64,000 nucleotides of DNA from an uncultured Gammaproteobacteria bacterium (GTDB lineage: Bacteria > Patescibacteriota > Microgenomatia > UBA12405): positions 10,823 through 74,822 of the forward strand of contig CAYPBP010000001.1 in assembly GCA_964408995.1 (NCBI GenBank), read 5' to 3'. Shown here piece by piece: positions 1-10,565 of the stretch (its first letter is position 1; each line of letters starts with the position of its first letter). Both the position numbers and the translations under genes were made by a program. The notes below the pieces were generated by a model. The model made no database searches and was not told the DNA's origin. It saw only the letters and a program-made list of their open reading frames with translations.

Positions 1-1
1 T

Positions 2-529
2 GTTTTTATCAGAGAAAGACCAGGTATTCGTCAAACTTCATTTGAAGATACTTTACCTATAGATATCAACCATACTTATTTTCAATCTTTTAATTCTGAT
101 CAAGACAATCTTAATTCAGTTTCTGTCTTATTAAAAAATCCTGGATTAGAAAGCTATGATGCTGTTTATTTAGAAGTTTTGGATAATAAACAAAAGATAG
201 TTAGAGAATTAAGTATCTCTGGTCGGGGTATCCAAGATCCTGGTTGGTTAAACTTTAAATTTCCAGCATTAATTTCTAAAAAAGGGGATACATTTTTTAT
301 AAAAGTTAGTGGTAACAGTCAAAGAGACAATTTACTTTATGTTTATGGAAATTATGAAAATAAAAATATTAATTTCAAAACTACTTATACTACCTTAAGT
401 TTAAAAGATTCTGTTACAAAGACAATTGAAAATCAAAAAACTAAAATTCAACAAAGAAATTTTTATCAATCTGTAACTTATTCACTTTTAATTTTTCTAG
501 TTAATATTTTAATCTTCACTTTAATATAA
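2..529 (+). CDS. hypothetical protein, C-terminal part (5' end outside window); track start 179 is a TTG inside a continuous open frame
   Basis: frame open from nt 2 without stop; C-terminal hydrophobic helix SVTYSLLIFLVNILIF; immediately precedes GT-C array. Confidence 0.45.
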   Translation, partial: VFIRERPGIRQTSFEDTLPIDINHTYFQSFNSDQDNLNSVSVLLKNPGLESYDAVYLEVLDNKQKIVRELSISGRGIQDPGWLNFKFPALISKKGDTFFIKVSGNSQRDNLLYVYGNYENKNINFKTTYTTLSLKDSVTKTIENQKTKIQQRNFYQSVTYSLLIFLVNILIFTLI

Positions 530-543
530 AATAAAGAATAGAA

Positions 544-2232
544 ATGAAAAAGAAATTTATCATCTTATTTTTAATAATATTCCTATCAGGAATAATTAGA
601 CTAATCTATTTAGATAGAATCCCTAACGGTATTAACAACGATGAATTACATTTTGTTTTAAACGCTAAGGCAATTTTTTATGGTTTTACCAATATTGAAG
701 GTAATATCAATCCTTTAAAACTTGCTGAAATGTCTAGTTTAATTTTTTCTCCCATCATAGGACTCCTCCCAACCAATCTCTTTACTGCTAAATTACCTTA
801 CGTAATTATTAGCTGCTTGTCTATACTATTAATTTATTTAATAACATTTAAATTAACTAAAAAAAATAATTTAGCCATAATTTCTTCTCTTGTTGCTGGA
901 ATTAATCCATGGAGTATTTATGTTAGTCGCACTTCTTTTGATGCTCCAATCGCTATTTTCTTTTTTTTATTAACTTTTTATCTTTTAAGTTCACTTAAAC
1001 CAAAGTATCTATATTTATCAATAATCACTGGTTATATAGCCTTCAATTCATATATTGGCACTAAAGTTTTACTTCTTCCATTTATTGTTATTAGTTCATA
1101 TTTTTTATGGAAATTTAACAAAAAAAATGGGAAACACTATTTAATAGTTACTTTAGGAGCATTACTAATCACTTTAAACTTTATTTTTACATTAAAAAGT
1201 CAACCTATTGGGAACAGGATAGGTGAAATAATAACTCCTTATTCTCAAAAAATTGTAGATCAAGTAAATCTTGAAAGAAGACAATCAATTCAATCAGAAC
1301 CATTTAAAAAAATATTAACTAATAAATATACTGTTTACACCAGAAAATTTATTGAAAAATATTTATATAATTTTTCTACAGACATTCTCTTCTTAAACGG
1401 TGATCACGCTGCTACTGGTTCACTTTGGAAACATGGTTATTTCTATTATATAGATGCATTTTTAATTATCATGGGAATCATTTATTTGTATATAAAAAGT
1501 CGAAGTTTTTTGTATCTTATCTGTTCCTTTATCCTTCTCTCTCCTGTTCCAGAAGCTATTCGGTCAGACTCTATTCCGTCTTATGTCTTTCATTCATCAT
1601 TTCAATATCCTTACCTTTTTATTCTTATTGCTGCTGGTATTCTCTTATTCTGGCAAACTTTTTCCAATAAATTTTTAAAATTTTTATTAATTGCTATCTA
1701 TTTAATAAGTTTTATCAATTTTATTGATATTTATTTTCTTAAATCTCCTATTTATCAATCAGAGTCTTTTGCTTCTAGTAATAGAATTGTTTCTAATTAT
1801 TTAAAATTAGAAAGTAGTAAAAATAGAGAAATATATGTTATTAGTCGTGAACCAGAAGTATTGTTTAGATCTTATTTATTTTTCTCTAACTCTTACCAAA
1901 AAAATAACTTCCATTTAATTAAAAATATCTATTCCAAATCGAAAGACAATATTTCATTTAAAAATATTCATTTTATAAACAACAATAAATATCTTCCTTC
2001 CGGTAACAACTACACTTTAATTTTTGATACAGATGATTTCGTTTTTAACGAAAAAGAACCAAAACTTTATATAAGTCGCCTCTCAGATGCCGGTAAAATT
2101 TTTTCAATCAACAGGGGATACACTTGCCAAAACTACAGTTTAATTAATTATCCTAATAATTTAAGTATTAAATCTATTAATATAGAAAAACTTGATGAAA
2201 AAAGTTTTTGTGAAAAATATATCACTATTTAA
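544..2232 (+). CDS. polytopic membrane glycosyltransferase, GT-C fold (PMT_2/GT39-like), tandem paralogue 1
   Basis: 562 aa; N-terminal TM helix then loop motif NNDELHF (DE motif typical of PMT/ArnT-type GT-C); many hydrophobic helices; C-terminal soluble domain. Confidence 0.6.
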   Translation: MKKKFIILFLIIFLSGIIRLIYLDRIPNGINNDELHFVLNAKAIFYGFTNIEGNINPLKLAEMSSLIFSPIIGLLPTNLFTAKLPYVIISCLSILLIYLITFKLTKKNNLAIISSLVAGINPWSIYVSRTSFDAPIAIFFFLLTFYLLSSLKPKYLYLSIITGYIAFNSYIGTKVLLLPFIVISSYFLWKFNKKNGKHYLIVTLGALLITLNFIFTLKSQPIGNRIGEIITPYSQKIVDQVNLERRQSIQSEPFKKILTNKYTVYTRKFIEKYLYNFSTDILFLNGDHAATGSLWKHGYFYYIDAFLIIMGIIYLYIKSRSFLYLICSFILLSPVPEAIRSDSIPSYVFHSSFQYPYLFILIAAGILLFWQTFSNKFLKFLLIAIYLISFINFIDIYFLKSPIYQSESFASSNRIVSNYLKLESSKNREIYVISREPEVLFRSYLFFSNSYQKNNFHLIKNIYSKSKDNISFKNIHFINNNKYLPSGNNYTLIFDTDDFVFNEKEPKLYISRLSDAGKIFSINRGYTCQNYSLINYPNNLSIKSINIEKLDEKSFCEKYITI

Positions 2233-2235
2233 ATT

Positions 2236-3957
2236 ATGAAAAAAATATACATATTAAGTTTAATCCTACTTCTAACTTTTTCCTTTTTTCTTTATTTATA
2301 TAAAATTACAATTGTTCCACCATCTATTTTTTCAGATGAAGCCGATGCTAATTATCAAGCCTTTGTTTTTAACAATAGAGGTACCGATTATTTTGGCAAC
2401 AAATTTCCAATTCATTTTCATTCATATTCAGACTGGAGAACTCCATTTTATATCTATTCAATTGCCATTGTTCAAAAGTTTGTTGGACACACTGATTTTG
2501 CTGCTAGATTACCAGCTGCTATTTTTGGCATTTTAAGCGTTTTTGTGTTTTTCTTAATTTTAAAAAGTCTTTTTGAAAATCAAGTATGGGCCTTAATTGG
2601 ATCTTTTTTATTTTCCATTACACCATGGCTGTTCCATTACAGTCGAGTTGCTTTTGAAGCCACAGGCATGCTTCTTTTTTTACTTTTAGGTTTTTATTTT
2701 TGGATAAAATTCATTAATTTAAAAAAGGACAAGTTTTTGTTCTTTTCAGCCATTTCTTTTATTTTAACTGTTTATTTTTATAGCACTGCCAAATTATTTT
2801 TAATATTTATTGGCATAATTTTATTATCTATATGGTTTAAAACTTTAATAAATCTTTCCTTAAAAACAAAATTTATTCTAAGTTTGATTATTTTTATAAT
2901 GACTATTCCTTTTGTAGTAGATACTTTTAATGGTCGTGCTGGTTATCGTTTTTCTTATATAAATATTTTTAGTGATCCAACTATTAGTAAAACAGTTGAT
3001 TATCTTCGGCAAGAAGACTCTGTAATGGTTTATGGTCAACAAATAGGACTTAAGCCAACGTTTATTTCAAAGATTTTTCACAACAAACTATCTCAATGGA
3101 CAGAAATGTTTGTTAAAAATTATTTCTCTGCTTTTTCCACTGAATTTCTATTTCTAAAAGGAGACGGTAATCTTCGTCAAGGAATTCAAACTACAGGTAA
3201 TTTACTCTTTCCAGATTTGTTTTTAATAATTATTGGAATTTCTTCAATTTTTATTAAAAAATCACCAAATCGAAAATTTTATTTTTTCTTTTTGATAAGT
3301 TTGCTTTGTGCCCCAATTCCTTTTTCTTTAACTCGTGATTCAGCTTTTCCTCACGCCACTCGTCTTATTTTAATGTTGCCATTTTTGATTTTATTTTCAA
3401 CCATAGGTCTTAAACAAATTTTTGATATTACTAAATCAAAAATCTTTATTATTTTCATTCTATTTTTATATGTAATTTGTTTTAGTAGATATATTCATCA
3501 ATACTATTTTCATTATCCAAACATTTCAGCTCGTGATTGGCATTATGGAATGAAAGAGGCAGTTATTAAGGCTATAAGTATTAATAAATCAAAAACTTTT
3601 TTTATTAATTCATACGAGCCTTTTATGCCCTTCTTTTTAAATTATAGTGAATATCTACCTTCAAACAAAAATATTTCTCCAGCCAAAGCTTTAGTTTGGG
3701 ATAATAATTCCTTTTTTACTGGTATGCAAGCTGAAAATAAATACTATCTTGGTACTATTGAGTGGTCTAATATGCTTAGTAATATTCCTAATAATTCTCT
3801 TTTTGTTATTCCAGAAAAAGAATTGATTAGAATTAAAAATAGTTTAGAAGACTATAACAAAAATCATCAAACTAAAATTAGTTTTGAACAAATTGATCAA
3901 GTTGAAAAAAAATATACCGAACAAGAAAAAATTTATTTAATCAATTTTAACCAATGA
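2236..3957 (+). CDS. GT-C fold membrane glycosyltransferase (PMT_2/GT39-like), paralogue 2
   Basis: 573 aa; FSDEADANYQAF loop motif after first TM; same architecture as neighbours; 3-nt gap to upstream gene. Confidence 0.6.
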   Translation: MKKIYILSLILLLTFSFFLYLYKITIVPPSIFSDEADANYQAFVFNNRGTDYFGNKFPIHFHSYSDWRTPFYIYSIAIVQKFVGHTDFAARLPAAIFGILSVFVFFLILKSLFENQVWALIGSFLFSITPWLFHYSRVAFEATGMLLFLLLGFYFWIKFINLKKDKFLFFSAISFILTVYFYSTAKLFLIFIGIILLSIWFKTLINLSLKTKFILSLIIFIMTIPFVVDTFNGRAGYRFSYINIFSDPTISKTVDYLRQEDSVMVYGQQIGLKPTFISKIFHNKLSQWTEMFVKNYFSAFSTEFLFLKGDGNLRQGIQTTGNLLFPDLFLIIIGISSIFIKKSPNRKFYFFFLISLLCAPIPFSLTRDSAFPHATRLILMLPFLILFSTIGLKQIFDITKSKIFIIFILFLYVICFSRYIHQYYFHYPNISARDWHYGMKEAVIKAISINKSKTFFINSYEPFMPFFLNYSEYLPSNKNISPAKALVWDNNSFFTGMQAENKYYLGTIEWSNMLSNIPNNSLFVIPEKELIRIKNSLEDYNKNHQTKISFEQIDQVEKKYTEQEKIYLINFNQ

Positions 3958-5633
3958 AGTCTAAAAAAAATATTATTCTTTTAATTTGTCTTTTTCTAAT
4001 TTCCATAATCACTTTTTATCGTCTTTTAAGACCTGGTTATTTTTCTATGATGGATGATATGCATGTTTTTAGATTAGATCAACTAGATAACTGTCTAAAA
4101 GATGGTCAAATACCTTGCAGGGTTATAAAAGATGGGGGAATGGGCTATGGTTACCCTCTCTTTAATTATTACTCACCACTAGCCTATGGTATAGCTGAAT
4201 TTTTTCACTTAATTGGTTTTAGTTTAATTAATAGTCTTAAAATAACCTTTGCTTCTTGTCATCTGATTGGTGTTTTTGGAATGTATTTTTTTGCTAGCAT
4301 TTTTTGGGGAAAACTAGGTGCTTTTATTTCAGCTATTATTTTTCTCTTAGCTCCTTACCAAGCCACCGATAGCTTTGTCAGAGGCGCTCTTTCTGAATCT
4401 TTAGCTATTAATATAATTCCCTGGGTTTTTTATTTTCTAACTAAATTCATTAAAAATTTCAAATTAAAAATTAAAAATTGGATTTTTCTAACCATATCTC
4501 TATCAGCTCTTTTGTTAAGTCACAATCTTACTAGTCTAGCTATTGCTCCAGTTCTTATTGTTTATTCGCTTTTAATTTTATTTAAAAATAAGAACTTAAA
4601 TGCTAAATCAATCTTTAAATTATCTATTCCTGTTTTAATTTCTGTTGGAATTAGTTCTTTCTTTTTATTACCAGCAATCTTTGAAAAAAACTTAGTTACT
4701 GTTGACACTATGACTCAGGGTTATTTTCAATACATTATTCATTTTGCCACTTTAAATCAATTATTTATTTCTCGCTTTTGGGGATTTGGAGCTTCACTTT
4801 GGGGCCCAATTGATGATATGGCTTTTTCAATTGGTCTTGTTCAATGGCTACTTCCTTTAATATCAATTTTATTTTTATTTTTCAAACGAAATCAAATCAA
4901 AACAAAACAATTGGCTTTGGTTATTTTATTTTTCTTTATTTTTCTTTTTTCAGTTTTTCTAACCCACAACAAATCAACTTTTATTTGGCAAATGTTTCCT
5001 CTTATGGCTTTTTACCAATTTCCATGGCGCTTTTTATCAATCGCCATTTTTGCCTCATCTTTTGTTGCTGGATCAATAATCTTATTAGTTAATAAAAAAC
5101 AACAAATATTAACAGTAGTTCTTGTCTCCATAATCACTATTATTTTAAATTTCTCTTATTTCAAAGAAGATATTTGGTTTCCTAATCTAACTGACACTCA
5201 AAAACTATCATCATCAGAAATAATTGCTCAAAGTGGTGCTGGTCTAAAAGATTATTGGCCCAAATATGGTCAAAGTTTTCCAACTTCTTTTGCTCCAGAA
5301 AAACCAATTGTTTCCGATAATATCGTTATAACTAATTACAATAAAAAAAGTAATCAAATTAATTTAACTATTATTGCCAATAGCAATGGAAAAATTACTT
5401 TACCTTTAGTTTATTTTCCAAATTGGCAATTATTTGTAAATAATCAAAAAACTAATTTTGAAATTAATAAAGAGTTAGGGTTAATTGAATTTAATGTAAG
5501 TAAGGGTAACCATTACATTTTGTTAAAATTAACCAACACTCCAATCAGAACAGCAAGCAACTTAATCAGTATTATTAGTCTAGCTTTAGCTATAATTATT
5601 GCCATAAGATCAAATCGAAAAAATGAAAAATAA
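3954..5633 (+). CDS. polytopic membrane protein, probable GT-C glycosyltransferase (divergent member of the array)
   Basis: 559 aa; ATGA start/stop overlap with upstream gene; loop motif MMDDMHVF instead of DE; multiple TM helices; C-terminal soluble domain and terminal TM. Confidence 0.45.
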   Translation: MKSKKNIILLICLFLISIITFYRLLRPGYFSMMDDMHVFRLDQLDNCLKDGQIPCRVIKDGGMGYGYPLFNYYSPLAYGIAEFFHLIGFSLINSLKITFASCHLIGVFGMYFFASIFWGKLGAFISAIIFLLAPYQATDSFVRGALSESLAINIIPWVFYFLTKFIKNFKLKIKNWIFLTISLSALLLSHNLTSLAIAPVLIVYSLLILFKNKNLNAKSIFKLSIPVLISVGISSFFLLPAIFEKNLVTVDTMTQGYFQYIIHFATLNQLFISRFWGFGASLWGPIDDMAFSIGLVQWLLPLISILFLFFKRNQIKTKQLALVILFFFIFLFSVFLTHNKSTFIWQMFPLMAFYQFPWRFLSIAIFASSFVAGSIILLVNKKQQILTVVLVSIITIILNFSYFKEDIWFPNLTDTQKLSSSEIIAQSGAGLKDYWPKYGQSFPTSFAPEKPIVSDNIVITNYNKKSNQINLTIIANSNGKITLPLVYFPNWQLFVNNQKTNFEINKELGLIEFNVSKGNHYILLKLTNTPIRTASNLISIISLALAIIIAIRSNRKNEK

Positions 5634-7326
5634 TTTAAATAAAAATAAAGGTGCCCTGTCAAGGGAAAGGTGGTACGAAGTACCAAAGGGTTTATTTATT
5701 TTAATTACCATAATTGCTTTTTTTCTTCGACTTTGGCAATTAGATAAATTCCCTGTTGGTTTAAATTGGGATGAAGTTAGTCATGGTTATAACGCTTATA
5801 GCCTCTTAAATACAGCTAAAGATCAGTGGGGGAGTAAATTACCTATTTTTAATTTTAGAGCCTATGGTGATTACCCTACTACCCTTAATATGTATCTTTC
5901 AATGCCCTTTATATATTTCTTTGGTTTAAACGAATGGACTACTAGAATTGTCTCCGCTCTTTGTGGTTTTGGGTTAGTTATAATTTCCTATTTTTTAGGA
6001 AAAGAACTATTCCGTAATTCAAAAAATGCTTATTTACTAATGTTATTAGTAGCCTTATCTCCATGGACATTATTTCCATCCAGGGCTGTTTTCCAATCCA
6101 CCGTGGCTCAATTTTTTCTTGTTCTTGGAATTTTATTCTTAATTAAATCAATCAAAAAAATAAATTTTATTTTGCCAGCAGTTTTCTTCACATCAATTTC
6201 TACTTATGCTTATCATAATACTAAAATAGTTGTTCCATTTTTGCTTTTTTTCTACTTTATTATCTTTTTTAAAAACATCAAAGAAAAATTTAATAAACAT
6301 AAAAAACTTTTTACAGCTAGTTTGTTGATTCTTTCTTTTTTACTAATTCCCCAAATAATCAATACTTTCAACAAAGAGGCTCAAGCCAGAAGTCGATGGG
6401 TTTTTGCTATTAACCCAGCTTCGATTAATGAAATAGAAAATAATCGAAATAATTATCAAGGTAATAAATTTATTGCCAAATTAAAATACAATCGAGTAAC
6501 TTTTTTTTCCTCTGTTGTCACCAAAAATTATCTTGGTTTTATTAATCCTAAAATATTATTTTTTGACAGCACTCAAAATTTTCAATTTAACATCCCAAAA
6601 AGTGGTGTTCTTTTTCCAATATGCCTCCCATTCTTTTACATTGGGCTAGTAATACTATTTATAAAATTATTCAAAAAAGATCAGCTGTCATTTTTTCTAT
6701 TATCTTGGTTCCTAATCGGTTTAATTCCAGCAGTTATCACTGTTGGAGATTTTCCAATCATTAGAGGCATGACTATATTACCTCTTCCCCAAATTTTTAT
6801 AATTTATGGTCTTTCCCAAATTATTTCTTTATTAAAAGATAAAAAATTAAAATCAATCTTTATTTCTTTATTTCTATTAATTTTAATAATTCAATCAATT
6901 ATTTATCTTAAAAATTATTTCATTGATTACTCAAAAAACTATTCTAGCTCTTGGCAATATGGTTACAAAGAATCTATTAGCTATATAAAAGAAAATTATC
7001 ATAATTATGATCAAATAATCTTCACCAAGAAATATGGTGAAGCCCATGAATTCATATTATTTTATTGGCCATGGGATCCAAAATCATATCAAACAGATAC
7101 TCGTAAAAATTGGGGTTTTCATACTGATTGGTATTGGGTTAACGCTTTTGATAAATTCAAATTTATAAATGATTGGGAAATAAAAAAAGAAACCGAAAAT
7201 GTTAATCAAAAAACTCTTTTAATAACATCCCCTGACAACTATAATAAAAACAATACTACCTTACTTAAAACTATTTATTTTTTAAACAATTCACCTGCTT
7301 TCGATATTTTAACTATCAATGACTAA
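5623..7326 (+). CDS. GT-C fold membrane glycosyltransferase (PMT_2/GT39-like), paralogue 4; N-terminal tail encoded by a 47-nt GC-rich inserted element
   Basis: 567 aa; NWDEVSHGYNAYS motif shared with paralogues 5 and 6; N-terminal extension KGALSRERWYEVPKG is translated from the 47-nt element. Confidence 0.6.
   Translation: MKNNLNKNKGALSRERWYEVPKGLFILITIIAFFLRLWQLDKFPVGLNWDEVSHGYNAYSLLNTAKDQWGSKLPIFNFRAYGDYPTTLNMYLSMPFIYFFGLNEWTTRIVSALCGFGLVIISYFLGKELFRNSKNAYLLMLLVALSPWTLFPSRAVFQSTVAQFFLVLGILFLIKSIKKINFILPAVFFTSISTYAYHNTKIVVPFLLFFYFIIFFKNIKEKFNKHKKLFTASLLILSFLLIPQIINTFNKEAQARSRWVFAINPASINEIENNRNNYQGNKFIAKLKYNRVTFFSSVVTKNYLGFINPKILFFDSTQNFQFNIPKSGVLFPICLPFFYIGLVILFIKLFKKDQLSFFLLSWFLIGLIPAVITVGDFPIIRGMTILPLPQIFIIYGLSQIISLLKDKKLKSIFISLFLLILIIQSIIYLKNYFIDYSKNYSSSWQYGYKESISYIKENYHNYDQIIFTKKYGEAHEFILFYWPWDPKSYQTDTRKNWGFHTDWYWVNAFDKFKFINDWEIKKETENVNQKTLLITSPDNYNKNNTTLLKTIYFLNNSPAFDILTIND
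5648..5694. repeat. 47-nt GC-rich hairpin element, copy 1 (identical to 58350..58396)
   Basis: aaggtgccctgtcaagggaaaggtggtacgaagtaccaaagggttta; sub-hairpins CCCT-GTCA-AGGG and GGTAC-GAA-GTACC; TA dinucleotide flanks both copies. Confidence 0.85.
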
Positions 7327-8959
7327 AAATATTAAATTTTTTCTAATAATTGTTTTTATAGTTTCTTTTTTTATAAGATTCTATAAAGTAGGGGAATATC
7401 CTCCACTTCTTTGGGATGAGGCCGCACTTGGTTACAATGCTTATTCCATAATAGAAACTGGCAGGGATGAATATGGCAAAATTACCCCAATTATTTTTAA
7501 ATCATTTGGTGACCATAAACCTGGACTTTATGTTTATCTAGCTATTCCTTTTATAAAATTATTTGGGTTAAATGCCATTGCTACCAGACTACCATCAATT
7601 TTACTTGGATCTTTATTGCCAATTTTAATTTATTTTTTAATCAAAGAGATTAATCAAAAAAGCCATAAAACAGCCATTATTGCGGCTATTATTACAAGCC
7701 TTAACCCTTATTCCATTCATTTTTCCAAAGGTGCTTGGGAAACTAATGTTTTAACTTTTGAATTAGTGTTAGCCTCATATTTTTTCTTCAAATATATTAA
7801 TAAAAAAATAAATAAATATTTGTTATTTTCTGCTATCACTTTTGGTTTAACTCTTTTTACCTATCAAGCTGGCAAAATGATAAGTTTGTTTTTAATTATC
7901 ATTTTGTTCTTAACAAATTTACAAATAGTAAAAATAAAAAATATAAAACCATTATTTTTGAATTTTGTTTTACCTCTCTTTATTTTTTCTATCCCTATTA
8001 TTTACGGAATATTTTTTTCCAATAATACTAATCGTTTAAAAGTTGTTAGTTTATTTTCTTATCCCAGATCAGAAATTGAAACTCAAACTATAATCAACGA
8101 ATCAAGTAAAATTAATTATCAAATATTCTACAATCAATCAATTTTCTTTTTAAGAAATTTTTCTTCTCGTTATCTAAATCATTTTTCTCCTAGATTTTTA
8201 GCTTTTGAAGGAGATTGGCAAAGCCCACGTCACTCAGCTCCATACGTTGGCGTTATACTTTATCCAAGTCTTTTGTTTTTAATCATCGGAATTTTCTTTG
8301 CCTTAAGTCGTCAAAAAATAGACAAACTTAATCTTTTCTTTTTCCTTTGGCTTTTAGTAGCCCCAATACCAGCGGCTCTAACCAGAGATTCCCTTCAAGC
8401 AGTTAGGGTTATGTCTCTTTCCATTCCTTTAATTTATTTTATTTCTCTTGGAATTTATGTTGTCATTAATAAATATAAAAACATATTTTTATATAGTCTA
8501 ATTATTGGTGCTTATTTAATTTCTTTTATTTACTATAGTGATCTTTATTTAAATCATATGGTTAAAAAAAGTCCAGATGATTTTCTTTATGGCTACAAAC
8601 AATCTATGGATTATTTAATAAAAAATAAGAATAATTTTAATCAAATAATTATGAGTGATTATTATGGTCAAGCTTATATCTATTACCTTTTTTATTCAAA
8701 ATATCCACCTAAAATTTATCAACAACAAGCCAAATTAACAGAAAATTTATCTGGTGATACAGGAAGAGTTGAAAAAATAGACAATATTAAATTTACTACC
8801 CCAGATTTTAATGTAATTAAAGATCAACCATCTTCTCTGGCTGTTTTTAATTATAATGAAATATACCGTCAAACAATTGACAAGTCAGATAATTTTAAAA
8901 ACTTTTTACCACTAAGTCCAATAAATAATATTTCCACTTTTTATGGCTACCAAAATTAA
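7319..8959 (+). CDS. GT-C fold membrane glycosyltransferase (PMT_2/GT39-like), paralogue 5
   Basis: 546 aa; LWDEAALGYNAYS motif; polytopic; overlaps upstream stop by 8 nt. Confidence 0.6.
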   Translation: MTKNIKFFLIIVFIVSFFIRFYKVGEYPPLLWDEAALGYNAYSIIETGRDEYGKITPIIFKSFGDHKPGLYVYLAIPFIKLFGLNAIATRLPSILLGSLLPILIYFLIKEINQKSHKTAIIAAIITSLNPYSIHFSKGAWETNVLTFELVLASYFFFKYINKKINKYLLFSAITFGLTLFTYQAGKMISLFLIIILFLTNLQIVKIKNIKPLFLNFVLPLFIFSIPIIYGIFFSNNTNRLKVVSLFSYPRSEIETQTIINESSKINYQIFYNQSIFFLRNFSSRYLNHFSPRFLAFEGDWQSPRHSAPYVGVILYPSLLFLIIGIFFALSRQKIDKLNLFFFLWLLVAPIPAALTRDSLQAVRVMSLSIPLIYFISLGIYVVINKYKNIFLYSLIIGAYLISFIYYSDLYLNHMVKKSPDDFLYGYKQSMDYLIKNKNNFNQIIMSDYYGQAYIYYLFYSKYPPKIYQQQAKLTENLSGDTGRVEKIDNIKFTTPDFNVIKDQPSSLAVFNYNEIYRQTIDKSDNFKNFLPLSPINNISTFYGYQN

Positions 8960-10565
8960 CAAAATACCATTAATAATTATTCTTCTAATTGCCTTTCTAA
9001 TTAGATTTATTAATTTAAACACTACTCCAGCCCTAAACCCTGATGAGGCCGCTCTTGGTTACAATGCTTATTCTCTTTTAGAAACTGGTAAAGACGAACA
9101 TGGAGACCCTTGGCCACTCCATTTTAAGTCTTTTGGTGATTTCAAACCGGGTGGCTATGTTTATTTAGCCTTACCTTTCGTTAAAATATTAGGGCTCACA
9201 CCATTGGCCGTCAGATTGCCAAATTTAATCTTAGCAGTATTAACCATCCTTTTTTTATATAAATTAATATTACTTCTCTCAAAATCTAACGCTCTAGCTC
9301 TCTTAAGCTCTATCGTTTTATGTTTATCTCCTTGGCACATTCATTTTAGTCGTGGAGCTTGGGAATCTTCGGCCGCTCTTTCCTTTATTGTTATTGGTAC
9401 CTATTTCTTTTTCAAATCAATTAAAGAAAAGTTTTTATTAAATTTTAGTATTTTTGTTATTCTTTACATCCTGTCTTTGTACATTTATCATTCAGCTCGT
9501 CTTATCGCTCCACTTTTAGCCTTTACCTTAGTTATTCTTTATTTTAAATTTTTGTTAACAAAACTTCCAAAAATATTAATCCCTATCATTTTTGGAATTA
9601 TTCTAGCCATACCAGTGGCTTTTTCATTTTTAAATAATGGTGGGACAAAGCGTCTCGGTGGAGTCGGGCTAACTGCCGATCAAGGTCCAATTTGGAGAGC
9701 TAATGAGCTTATAAACCATCATAATAATGTTAAGTTAATCAACAGGGGAATGCATAATAAAAGAATTTTATACTTAGTATCTTGGGCTCAAAAATATACT
9801 TCCCACTTTGATTTAAATTTTCTAGCAATTAATGGAGATGAAGTTCCTAGATCAAAAGTTCCTGAAATGGGCCAAATACATTTAATAGAATTACCATTTT
9901 TAATATTAGGTATTATATTTTTATTAAAAACTATTTTGTTTAATAAAAAATCCAAGATTTTTATCTTAGCCTTTTTATTAATATCTCCAATTGCCTCATC
10001 CTTAACTTTTCAAGCTCCATCAGCTCTTAGGGCCTTAGCCATGGTTATACCTATATCCATTTTAATTGCTAGTGGTATTTATTATTTCTTTACTTTATTT
10101 AAAAATAAAAATCTATTTAAGATAATTACTCTTATTTTTATAATCATTTATAGTTATTTTGTTGCCTATTATTTAGACGCTTATTTTGTCCATTATCCTA
10201 AAAGATATCCTTTTGCTTGGCAATATGGTTTTGATCAACTAGTTCCTTATCTAGAGCAAGAAAAAGATAAGTACAGTCAAATCTATGTAACTAATAAATA
10301 CGATCAACCTTATATCCTCTTTTTATTCTATTCTCAATATCCACCACAACTTATTCAATCACAAATAAAATTAACTCCACCAGATAATTTTGGTTTTTCT
10401 ACTGTTTTAGATTACAATAAATATCATTTTGAAAAAATTAATTGGGATAATATTCCATTAAATTCATTGGTTGTAACCAGTGATGAAGAAGCTCTTTTAA
10501 ATCCTTATAAAGTTATAAATTTCCCAAATGGCCAACCAGGGTTTAAAATATATTCAAAACAATGA
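8943..10565 (+). CDS. GT-C fold membrane glycosyltransferase (PMT_2/GT39-like), paralogue 6
   Basis: 540 aa; NPDEAALGYNAYS motif, clearly paralogous to 7319..8959; polytopic. Confidence 0.6.
   Translation: MATKINKIPLIIILLIAFLIRFINLNTTPALNPDEAALGYNAYSLLETGKDEHGDPWPLHFKSFGDFKPGGYVYLALPFVKILGLTPLAVRLPNLILAVLTILFLYKLILLLSKSNALALLSSIVLCLSPWHIHFSRGAWESSAALSFIVIGTYFFFKSIKEKFLLNFSIFVILYILSLYIYHSARLIAPLLAFTLVILYFKFLLTKLPKILIPIIFGIILAIPVAFSFLNNGGTKRLGGVGLTADQGPIWRANELINHHNNVKLINRGMHNKRILYLVSWAQKYTSHFDLNFLAINGDEVPRSKVPEMGQIHLIELPFLILGIIFLLKTILFNKKSKIFILAFLLISPIASSLTFQAPSALRALAMVIPISILIASGIYYFFTLFKNKNLFKIITLIFIIIYSYFVAYYLDAYFVHYPKRYPFAWQYGFDQLVPYLEQEKDKYSQIYVTNKYDQPYILFLFYSQYPPQLIQSQIKLTPPDNFGFSTVLDYNKYHFEKINWDNIPLNSLVVTSDEEALLNPYKVINFPNGQPGFKIYSKQ

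Noticed and set aside
179-529. Track ORF starts at non-ATG codons (179 TTG, 11371 TTG, 14183 GTG, 41293 GTG, 58893 TTG)
   Set aside because: In each case an in-frame ATG with better context (stop/start overlap or RBS) lies just downstream, or the frame is open from the window edge. Coordinates were adjusted rather than accepting the alternative starts.
1425-1670. Short ORFs nested inside or antisense to long genes (1425-1670, 2312-2536, 4844-5092, 10643-10921, 13260-13460, 17726-17932, 17755-18024, 19204-19398, 19654-19881, 22686-22937, 22823-23020, 26983-27198, 27385-27582, 27869-28111, 31672-31884, 32793-33128, 34265-34483, 37328-37552, 43056-43256, 46597-46800, 49682-49870, 49919-50206, 51557-51790, 55160-55390, 55712-55960, 56633-56815)
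   Set aside because: All lie within or opposite well-supported longer genes, have low-complexity AT-driven translations and no RBS or operon logic. They are treated as spurious frames.
3954-5633. Assigning the third array member to the same PMT_2 family as its neighbours
   Set aside because: It lacks the DE loop motif (it has MMDDMHVF) and differs in its N-terminus. It is kept as a generic GT-C-like membrane protein at lower confidence.
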